NCBI GenBank assembly: GCA_026770705.1
Contig: JANJGN010000021.1
Span: 66,092,001 to 66,156,000, forward strand
From: Isurus oxyrinchus
Taxonomy: Eukaryota
Length of the DNA: 64,000 bases
Reading direction: 5' to 3'
Below the pieces are notes generated by a model. It made no database searches and was not told the DNA's origin. It was given only the letters and a program-made list of their open reading frames with translations. This document shows, piece by piece, positions 40,001-52,000 of this stretch (the first letter of the stretch is position 1; the number at the start of each line of letters is the position of its first letter). Position numbers and translations under genes: made by a program.

Positions 40001-43000
40001 CCCACCACCCTCTCTCCCCCATCCCCCCTCTCTCTCCACCATCCCCCCTCTCTCTCCCATCCCCCTCTCTCTCCCATCCCCCTCTCTCCCCCCATCCCCC
40101 CGCTCTCTCTCCGCCCCCCATCCCCCCTCTCTTCCCCCAATCCCCCCTCTCTCTCCCCACCATCCCCCCTCTCTCTCTCTCCCCCCATCCCCCTCCCCCC
40201 AATTCTCCCCATCCCCCCTCTCTCTCTCCAACCCCCCTCTCTCTCCCCCCCATTCCCCCGCTCTCTCTCCCCCCCTCTCTCTCCCCCATCCCTCCCTCTC
40301 TCTCTCCCCCATCCCCCTTCTCTCTCTCCCCCCATCCCCACCCTCTCTCTCCCCCCCATCCCCCCCATGTCTCCCCCATCCCCCCTCTCTCTCCCCCATT
40401 CCCCCCCTCTCTCCCCCCATCACTCCCCCATCCCCCCCTCTCTCTCTCTCCAACCCCCCTCTCTCTCCCCCCATCCCTCCTCCCCCCATCCCCCCTCCCT
40501 CCCTCTCCCCCATCCCCCCCATCTCTCCCCCATCCCCCCTCTCCCCCCATCCACCCCTCTCTCCCCCACTCCCCCCCATCCCCCTCCCCCCATCTCTCCC
40601 CACCCCCCCATCCCCCCTCTCTCCCCCCAACCCCCCTCTCTCTCCCCCCATCCCCCCTCTCTCCCCCATCCCCCCCATCTCACCCCCATCCCCCCTCTCT
40701 CTCACCCCCATCCTCCCCTCTCTCTCCCCCATCCCCCCCATCTCTCCCCCATCCCCCCCTCTCTCTCTCTCTCCAACCCCCCCTCTCCCTACCCCCATTT
40801 CCCCTCTTTCTCCCCCCATCTCCCCCTCTCCCTCCACCAAATCCTCCCCCTCTCCCCATCCCCCCTCCCTCCCCCCTCCCACATCTGTCCCCCCATTCCC
40901 CCCTCTCTCCCCCATCCCCCTCTCCCCCCATCCCCCCTCTCTCCCCCATCCCCCCTCTCCCTCTCCCCCACCCCCCTCTCTCTCACCTGTTTTCAGTTGG
41001 CTCTCTCCATACTCGAGGTATTTTCGCAGCCACTCGATGCAGGTTTGCTCCAGGTAACCTTTCAGCCCCTGGTTCCATGCCGTGTCCCGATCCCACTTGT
41101 TCTTGGTGATCTCTCCCCACGGGACCGTGGTGGACCAGACCATCTGATCCTTGTGGAAGTTGATGAGATCCTTCCCGTCCCAGCCGTACTGGTAAACCCC
41201 CGCGGTGGTGCCGTCGTCCCGCAACTCACAGCCGTACATCACCTGGAGGGTGTGAATCCCTGTCAAACAGAAACAGGGCCTCAGACCCGCACACACCCCG
41301 GCCCCGACCCCCGACCCCGGCCCCCGGCCCCCGGCCCCCGACCCCGACCCCTGGCCCGGACCCCGACCCCCGGCCCCCGACCCCCGGCCCGGACCCCGAC
41401 CCCCGGCCCGGACCCCGACCCCTGGCCCGGACCCCGACCCCCGGCCCCGGCCCCCGACCCCGACCCCTGGCCCGGACCCCGACCCCCGGCCCCCGACCCC
41501 GACCCCCGGCCCCCGACCCCGACCCCTGGCCCGGACCCCGACCCCCGGCCCCCGACCCCGACCCCCGGCCCGGACCCCGACCCCCGGACCCCGGCCCGAC
41601 CCCCGACCCCCGGCCCGACCCCCGACCCCCCACCCCGACCCCCGACCCCCGGCCCCGGCCCGGACCCCGACCCCCCGCCCGGACCCCGACCCCCGACCCC
41701 CGACCCCCGGCCCCCGACCCCGACCCCCGGCCCGGACCCCGACCCCCGACCCCCGGCCCGGACCCCGACCCCCGGCCCCCGACCCCTGGCCCCCGGCCCG
41801 GATCCCCACCCCCGACCCCCGGACCCCGACCCCCGGACCCCGCTCCCGCTCCCGGCTCTGACCCCCGGGATTATCAGAGTGAATGGTGGTGGGGGGGGGG
41901 GGTGCTGAGGACTCACCGCCGTTCTCGGTCTGGTTGGTCCGATCCTTGAGGGTCTGAATGTTGACCTTTCCCACCTGCTCCGAGCTCTGTGAATTCTGTG
42001 TATTCTGCACCCAGTACTCAGGGCCCACATTCTGCTCCATCCAGCGCTGCCGAGGGATCATCTTCCCCACATCACTGTCATAGTGAACAAACTCCAGCTC
42101 ATCCACATAACCGACCACCACAAACTCGGGCAGCCCGTCAATGGGGGTCATTGAGGTGTAGTGATAGCGGAGAGAGTGAGATCCTGGAACAGAGAGAGAG
42201 AGAGAGATCAGAGCGGGTGGGGGTGGGGGCGGGGGCGGGGGGCAGTCAGCACTCTCCGCCGCTCTCACCCCTCACACCGCTCCCACTATCTACCTCCCTG
42301 CTCCCACTGCCCCCAGGCCCCACCGCGTGTCAGGCTCTCCCCCAGCCAGCCCACCGGGAACATCCCCCTGCTCCACTGTACACCGCACAGCAATCAGCTC
42401 CTTCACCCCATGGCCGCAACGGGGAAGCCAAACACCCTCAGCACAGCGAGGGGCAACAGACAAACTGCTACACCCCCTGATCCCGGGAACAGCACAGAAC
42501 AGGGAAAGACAGCCACCCTCAATACAGTGTAAATAAACCCTGAGACAACATAACACAACACAGAGCCCCTGTAAATAAACCCCGAGACAACACAACACAA
42601 CACAGAGCCCCTGTAAATAAACCCCGAGACAACACAACACAACACAGAGCCCCTGTAAATAAACCCTGAGACAACACAACACAACACAGAGCCCCTGTAA
42701 ATAAACCCCGAGACAACACAACACAACACAGAGCCCCTGTAAATAAACCCCGAGACAACACAACACAGAGCCCCTGTAAATAAATCCTGAGACAACACAA
42801 CACAACACAGAGCCCCTGTAAATAAACCCTGAGACAACACAACACAACACACAGCCTCTGTAAATAAACGCTGAGACAACACAACACAACACAGAGACCC
42901 TGTAAATAAACCCCGAGACAACACAACACAACACAGAGCCTCTGTAAATAAACCCCGAGACAACACAACACAACACAGAGCCCCTGTAAATAAACCCCGA

Positions 43001-46000
43001 GACAACACAACACAACACTGAGCCCCTGTAAATAAACCCTGAGACAACACAACACAACACAGAGCCGCTGTAAATAAACCCCGCGACAACACAACACAAC
43101 ACAGAGCCCCTGTAAATAAATCCCGAGACAACACAACATAACACAGAGCCCCTGTAAATAAACCCTGAGACAACACAACACTGAGCCCCTGTAAATAAAC
43201 CCTGAGACAACACAACATAACACAGAGCCCCTGTAAATAAACTCCGAGACAACACAACATAACACAGAGCCCCTGTAAATAAACCCCGAGACAACACAAC
43301 ACAGAGCCCCTGTAAATAAACCCCGAGACAACACAACACAACACAGAGCCCCTGTAAATAAACCCCGAGACAACACAACACAACACTGAGCCCCTGTAAA
43401 TAAACCCTGAGACAACACAACATAACACAGAGCCCCTGTAAATAAACCCTGAGACAACACAACATAACACAGAGCCCCTGTAAATAAACCCCGAGACAAC
43501 ACAACATAACACAGTGCCCCTGTAAATAAACCCTGAGACAACACAGAGCCCCTGTAAATAAACCCTGAGACAACACAACACAACACTGAGCCCCTGTAAA
43601 TAAACCCTGAGACAACACAACACTGAGCCCCTGTAAATAAACCCTGAGACAACACAACATAACACAGAGCCCCTGTAAATAAACCCCGAGACAACACAAC
43701 ATAACACAGTGCCCCTGTAAATAAACCCTGAGACAACACAGAGCCCCTGTAAATAAACCCTGAGACAACACAACACAACACAGAGTCCCTGTAAATAAAC
43801 CCTTAGACAACACAACACAGAGCCCCTGTAAATAAACCCTGAGACAACACAACACAACACTGAGCCTCTGTAAATAAACCCTGAGACAACACAACACAAC
43901 ACAGAGCCTCTGTAAATAAACCCTGAGACAACACAACATAACACATGGCCCCTGTAAATAAACCCTTAGACAACACAACACAACACAGAGCCCCTGTAAA
44001 TAAACCCTGAGACAACACAACACAACACTGAGCCTCTGTAAATAAACCCTGAGACAACACAACACTGAGCCCCTGTAAATAAACCCTGAGACAACACAAC
44101 ACAACACAACACTGAGCCTCTGTAAATAAACCCTGAGACAACACAACACTGAGCCCCTGTAAATAAACCCTGAGACAACACAACATAACACACAGCCCCT
44201 GTAAATAAACCCTGAGACAACACAACACACAGCCTCTGTAAATAAACCCTGAGACAACACAACACTGAGCCCCTGTAAATAAACCCTGAGACAACACAAC
44301 ATAACACAGAGCCCCTGTAAATAAATCCTGAGACAACATAACACAACACACAGCCCCTGTAAATAAACCCTGAGACAACACATAACACACAGCCCCTGTA
44401 AATAAACCCTGAGACAACATGACACAACACAGAGTCCCTGTAAATAAACCCTCAGACAACATAACACAGAGCCCCTGTAAATAAACTCCGAGACAACACA
44501 ACACAACACAGAGCCCCTGTAAATAAACCCCGAGACAACACAACACAGAGCCCCTGTAAATAAACCCCGAGACAACACAACACAACACAGAGCCCCTGTA
44601 AATAAACCCCGAGACAACACAACACAACACTGAGCCCCTGTAAATAAACACCGAGACAACACAACACAACACAGAGCCTCTGTAAATAAACCCCGAGACA
44701 ACGCAACACAACACTGAGCCCCTGTAAATAAATCCTGAGACAACATAACACAACACAGAGCCCCTGTAAATAAACCCCGAGACAACACAACACAACACAG
44801 AGCCCCTGTAAATAAATCCTGACACAACATAACACAACACAGAGCCCCTGTAAATAAACCCTGAGACAACACAACACAGAGCCCCTGTAAATAAACCCTG
44901 AGACAACACAACACAACACAGAGCCCCTGTAAATAAACCTTGAGACAACACAACATAACACAGAGCCCCTGTAAATAAACCCTGAGACAACACAACACAA
45001 CACAGAGCACCTGTAAATAAACCCTGAGACAACACAACATAACAGAGCCCCTGTAAATAAATCCTGAGACAACATAACACAACACAGAGCCCCTGTAAAT
45101 AAACCCTGAGACAACACAACACAGAGCCCCTGTAAATAAACCCTGAGACAACACAACACAACACAGAGCCCCTGTAAATAAACCTTGAGACAACACAACA
45201 TAACACAGAGCCCCTGTAAATAAACCCTGAGACAACACAACACAACACAGAGCACCTGTAAATAAACCCTGAGACAACACAACATAACAGAGCCCCTGTA
45301 AATAAACCCCGAGACAACACAACAGAGCCCCTGTAAATAAACCCCGAGACAACACAACACAACACAGAGCCCCTGTAAATAAACCCCGAGACAACATAAC
45401 ATAACACAGAGCCCCTGTAAATAAACCCCGAGACAACACAATGCAGAGCCCCTGTAAATAAACCCTGAGACAACACAACACAACACAGAGCCCCTGTAAA
45501 TAAACCCCGAGACAACACAACACAGAGCCCCTGTAAATAAACCCCAAGACAACACAACACACAGCCCCTGTAAATAAACCCTGAGACAACACAACACAAC
45601 ACACAGCCCCTGTAAATAAATCCCGAGACAACACAACACAGAGCCCCGGCAAATAAACCCTGAGACAACACAACACAACACACAGCCCCTGTAAATAAAC
45701 CCTCAGACAACATAACACAGAGCCCCTGTAAATAAACCCCGAGACAACACAACACACAGCCCCTGTAAATAAACCCTGAGACAACACAACACAACACACA
45801 GCCCCTGTAAATAAATCCCGAGACAACACAACACAGAGCCCCGGCAAATAAACCCTGAGACAACACAACACAACACACAGCCCCTGTAAATAAACCCTGA
45901 GACAACACAACATAACACAGAGCCCATGTAAATAAACCCCGAGACAACACAACACAGAGCCCCGGCAAATAAACCCTGAGACAACACAACACAACACAGA

Positions 46001-49000
46001 GCCCCTGTAAATAAACCCTGAGACAACACAAATAACACAGAGCCCCTGTAAATAAACCCCGAGACAACACAACACAACACAGAGACCCTGTAAATAAACC
46101 CTGAGACAACACAACACAACAGAGCCCCTGTAAATAAACCCTGAGACAACACAACACAACACAGAGCCTCTGTAAATAAACCCTGAGACAACACAACACA
46201 ACACAGAGCCCCTGTAAATAAACCCCGAGACAACACAACACAATACACAGCCCCTGTAAATAAACCCCGAGACAACACAACACAGAGCCCCTGTAAATAT
46301 ACCGTGAGACAACACAACATAACACAGAGCCCCTGTAAATAAACCCTGAGACAACACAACACAACACAGAGCCCCTGTAAATAAACCCTGAGACAACACA
46401 ACACAGAGCCCCTGTAAATAAACCCTGAGACAACACAACACAACACAGAGCCTCTGTAAATAAACCCTGAGACAACACAACACAACACAGAGCCCGTGTA
46501 AATAAACCCTGAGACAACACAACACAACACAGAGCCTCTGTAAATAAACCCTGAGACAACACAACACAACACAGAGCCCGTGTAAATAAACCCCGAGACA
46601 ACACAACACAATACACAGCCCCTGTAAATAAACCCCGAGACAACACAACATAACACAGAGCCCCTGTAAATAAACCCTGAGACAACATAACACAACACAG
46701 AGCCCCTGTAAATATACCCTGAGACAACACAACATAACACAGAGCCCCAGTAAATAAACCCTGAGACAACATAACACAGTGCCCCTGTAAATAAACCCTG
46801 AGACAACACAACACAACACAGAGCCCCTGTAAATAAACCCTGAGACAACACAACACAGAGCCTCTGTAAATAAACCCTGAGACAACACAACACAACACAG
46901 AGCCCCTGTAAATAAACCCTGAGACAACACAACACAACACAGAGCCTCTGTAAATAAACCCTGAGACAACACAACACAACACTGAGCCCCTGTAAATAAA
47001 TCCTGAGACAACATAACACAACACAGAGCCCCTGTAAATAAACCCTGAGACAACACAACACAGAGCCCCTGTAAATAAACCCTGAGACAACACAACACAA
47101 CACAGAGCCCCTGTAAATAAACCTTGAGACAACACAACATAACACAGAGCCCCTGTAAATAAACCCTGAGACAACACAACACAACACAGAGCACCTGTAA
47201 ATAAACCCCGAGACAACGCAACACAACACTGAGCCCCTGTAAATAAACCCTGAGACAACACAACACAGAGCCCCTGTAAATAAACCCCGAGACAACACAA
47301 CACAACAGAGCCCCTGTAAATAAATCCTGAGACAACATAACACAACACAGAGCCTCTGTAAATAAACCCCGAGACAACACAACACAACACAGAGCCCCTG
47401 TAAATAAATCCTGAGACAACATAACACAACACAGAGCCCCTGTAAATAAACCCTGAGACAACACAACACAGAGCCCCTGTAAATAAACCCCGAGACAACA
47501 CAACACAACACAGAGCCCCTGTAAATAAATCCTGAGACAACATAACACAACACAGAGCCTCTGTAAATAAACCCCGAGACAACACAACACAACACAGAGC
47601 CCCTGTAAATAAATCCTGAGACAACATAACACAACACAGAGCCCCTGTAAATAAACCCTGAGACAACACAACACAGAGCCCCTGTAAATAAACCCTGAGA
47701 CAACACAACACAGAGCCTCTGTAAATAAACCCCGAGACAACATAACACACTGAGCCCTTATAAATAAACCCTGAGACAACACAACACAACACACAGCCCC
47801 TGTAAATAAACCCCGAGACAACACAACACAGAGCCCCTGTAAATAAACCCCGAGACAACACAACACAACACAGAGCCCCGGTAAATAAACCCCGAGACAA
47901 CACAACACAACACAGAGCCCCTGTAAATAAACCTTGAGACAACACAACACAACACAGAGCCCCTGTAAATAAACCCCGAGACAACACAACACAACACAGA
48001 GCCCCTGTAAATAAACCCTGAGACAACACAACAGAGCCCCTTTAAATAAACCCCGAGACAACATAACACGGAGTCGCTGTAAATGAACCCCGAGACAACA
48101 TAACACAACAGTGCCCTTGTAAATAAACACCAAATTACAACCCAGGCACTGACTTGGATTTGAGGGGGTATCTGCTTCATTCTTGACCTCAGTTGCACCA
48201 AGTTGAGAGATTGAGGTTCAGGAAGTGGAGCGTGTGACTTACAGTCGGCAGGATTGGGGAATCGATTGGAGACGGTGAAAGACGGAGCATGGTGTCTGGT
48301 CCTGACTAACAGGCACCATGAATAAATAAAGCAAATTACTGTGAATGCTGAAAATCTGAAATAAAAGCTTAAAATACTGGAAAAGCTCAGCAGGTCTGGC
48401 AGCATCTGTGGAGAGAGAAACAGAGTTAACATTTCAAGTCCATATGACTTATTTTCTGAGAAGAAAAATCACATGGACTCAAAACATTAACTCTGTTTCT
48501 CTCACCACAGATGCTGCAAGACCTGCTGAGTTTTTCTAGCATTTTCTGTTTTTATTTTAGTTCCAATGTATTTTCTATCCCAGGGATGTCAGAGTTAGAC
48601 TACGAGAAGGATAGTCACACTGGTCACCAAGACACATGGAATAGCGGAGACGGAACAGAAAGTTTAGGGTTATAGTGAGTGACTAACATTGGGTTTCGGG
48701 AACCTACAAGAATCTCTTGTTAGGGACAGAATGACTGAGCACGTGAGTTAATGTGTGTTGGTCAGAGAGAGAGAGGGAGAGAGAGAAGAGAGAGTCATCG
48801 ATTTGTCTGATCCTCTTCCTGGCACAGTCTGAGATTAAACCAGTCAGTTTGCAAACCTAGGCCCCATTCCACAAACCTGATTCAGGAGAGCCTGCCCTGG
48901 GTGTTCAAATTTTAGTTCCGGGGTTCGGGTGGGTGGGGATTGCTCGGGGGGTAGGGTGTTGACTTTGTCCCAGCTATAAATGGACAGCAAAACAAAAAAA

Positions 49001-52000
49001 ATCCCTTCGGCCGTCACACTCCCTCATTCCCCCAACACACTCCCCATGTCACATCCATGGCAACTGAAGACACCCAATGTCCTCTATAGCCTCTATACCA
49101 ATCTATTCCCCTCTAACCAACCAATGGCCCCCCTATAGTCTCTATGCCAACCTATTCCCCTCTAACCAACCAATGGCACCCTATAGCCCCTATGCCTATC
49201 TACCCACCCCAAGGCCCTTTATAGCTGCTATGCAAATGTAGTGCCAACTCATACCAACCCATGCTCCCAACTACACTTCTCCCTTACATCCTCCATGCCA
49301 ACTCACCATGAGCAGACTTAAGGACACATGCTGAGACGAAATAAAGTTCTTAGTTTTTATTGCAGACTTTACTTTTATAAAAACACCATCATTCATAAAA
49401 GCGCATTCAATTCATAATCCTTTATAAAAACATACATTTCATTTTGGTGCTTGTTCCCTTATAAAAGCAAGCATTTGTATTCATAGCCCCTCATCAAAGA
49501 CTTTATAAACACTTGCAGCTGTAAATCAACTGTCAACTGATAGGCACCCCACTGTGATAATGATAGGCTGTGCAACCAGTCATGCAGCACAAATCATATA
49601 AGAGAAGCCACAGGTTTAAGTCAGAGTGAAATAGCAAGCGCTGTTTTTTTTATACTGGTGGATGCTTTTTCTTTAAAGTTAAAGGCCAGGAGAGTTATAT
49701 CCCTTCACCGCTTGATAGTTCCAATGAGTTTATCCACTTTTTATGCACATTCATGTCAATTTTTAACAACCCCAAATGACACCTGACCTCTCCCAAAGGT
49801 GTCCCTGGACCTATCCAAAAAGGTACCTTACCTCACCAAAAGGGTATCCTATCTCTCCAAAGGTCTTCGGCAGTTTCAGACATTCTCCCAAAGGTCTCCA
49901 GCCCACAAGTTGTGTTTTAGACATCCCACTAATGAAAATTGGCTCTGTATGGAGGCAGTTGCACTTTTACATGTGCAGCTACCTCTGTGAACCACAGATT
50001 TGCAAAAAGGAACCCAGCCCTGTTCCCATGTCAAAAATGATCTCTGGCACCATGTTGACTAAGATGGAGATCATCTCAGTCTTTATGAAAATTTGGGCCT
50101 TGGTGTCTTATGTGACCCTGAGATGAGCTTCTGATCACATATTTGCATCATCACTAAGACCTCCTATTTCCGCTTCTGTAACATTGCCCAACTTCACCAC
50201 TGCTCAGCTCATCTGCCACTGAAACCCTCATTCATACCTTCCTTACCTTTGGACTTGAATATTCCAACACACTCCTGGCTCATATCCCACTTTCCATCCT
50301 CTGTAAACTTCAGGTGATTCAGAACTCTGCTGCCCACATCTTATCTTGCACCATCTCATTCCCTCTCACTCCCTGTGCTCACTGACCTACACTGGCTCCC
50401 ACTAAAGCAACATTTTCATTTTAAAATTCTCATTCTTCTTTTCCAGCTTCTCCATGGCCTTGGCCTTCCCCATCTCAGTAATCACCTCCAGCTCCACAAC
50501 CCTCTGACATCTCTGAACTCCTCTAATCCTGGCCTCTTGAACATCTCTGATTTCATTGCTCCACTATTGGTGGCTGTGTCTTCAGCTAACTAGACCCCAA
50601 GCTCTGGAATACCCTTCCTTAACCTCTCCACCTCTTTACCTCGCTCTCCCCCTTTAAGACGAACGGTGCCATATTTTGTTTCATAATGTTCCTGTGAAGC
50701 ATCTTGGGACATTTCGTTGAGTTAAAGGTGCTACATAAATATAAGTTGTTGTTGGTAAAGTTAACCTGACTAATCTCATTGAATATTTTGAGCAGGTCAC
50801 GAACATGGAATATTAAGGAGTGTCTGTGGATGTTACTTCTATGGGTTTCCAGAAGGCTTTCGATAAGGTTCCACACAAGAGACTGTTAGGAAAAATGAGA
50901 GTGAATAGAAATGGAGAGGGTCAACTGACTTGGGTTTGAAATTTTTTTGGGAGGTAGGAGACAGAGATTGGGGTTAAAGGGGTAAGTACTTTGATTGGTT
51001 GGATTTGACTAGTGGATTCCAGGGTTCTGTACTGAGGCCTCAACTGTTCACCACATTTATAAGTGAATCTGTGAAGGAATAGAGAGTTGTGCATCTAATT
51101 TGTGGATGACATAAAGTTGGGAGGATCAGTAAGTTGTGTCGATGGGGGCAGGAAGTTACAAAGGGACATTAACTGATGAAGGAGTGAGTAAAACTGTAAC
51201 AGATAGAGTTTAATGTGGGAAAGTGTGAACTCACCCACTGTGGAGCTAAAAAAGATCAAACAGAATATTTCCTAAATGGTGAGAAACTGGGAACTGTGGA
51301 TGAAACATAGAAACATAGAAACTAGGAGCAGGAGTAGGCCATTCGGCCCCTCGAGCCTGCTCCACCATTTATTATGATCATAACTGATCATCCAACTCAA
51401 TAGCCTGCTCCTGCTTTCTCCCCAAACCCTTTGATCCCTTTTGCCCCAAGAGCTATATCTAACTCCTTCTTGAAAACATGCAATATCTTGGTCTCAACTA
51501 CTTTCTGTGGTAGCGAATTCCACAGGCTCACCACTCTCTGGGTGAAGAAACTTCTCCTCATGTCAGTCCTAAACGGTCTGCTCCATATCCTCAGACTGTG
51601 ACCCTTGGTTCTGGACTCCCCCACTATCGGGAACATCCTTCCTGCATCTAACCTGTCTAGCCCTGTTAGAATTTTTTAGGTTTCTAAAATCCCCCTCATT
51701 CTTCTGAACTCCAGCGAATATAATCCTAAGCGACTCAATCTCTCCTCATATGTCGGTCCCGCCATCCCAGGAATTAGTCAGGTAAACTATATAGCAAGTA
51801 CATCTTTCCTCAGATAGGGAGACACAATATTCCAGGTGTGGTCTCACCAAGGCTCTGTACAATTGCAGCAAGGCATCCCTGTGCCTGTACTCGAATCCTC
51901 TGGCTATGAAGGCCAACACACCATTTGCCTTAACAAAAACAAAAACAGAATTACCTGGAAAAACTCAGCAGGTCTGGCAGCATCGGCGGAGAAGAAAAGA

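Noticed and set aside
36699-41109. Pro-rich (+) and Gly/Glu/Arg-rich (-) long ORFs
   Set aside because: C/T-only tract rarely forms stop codons; intronic.
39734-42268. 844-aa ORF as a single-exon protein
   Set aside because: It is exons 2 and 3 plus read-through of introns; canonical splice sites bound both domains.
29371-48130. CRISPR-like arrays
   Set aside because: Repeats are head-to-tail with no unique spacers, there are no cas genes, and the context is eukaryotic.
42290-48133. 1947-aa and 1408-aa Cys-rich ORFs as keratin-associated-like proteins
   Set aside because: Translations of the 37/42-bp minisatellite, open in several frames, inside intron 1.
48860-50099. Second Harbinger-like element (ggccccatt... 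/ ...aaaatttgggcc)
   Set aside because: Terminal similarity is too short and no TSD is seen; cannot be supported without a library search.
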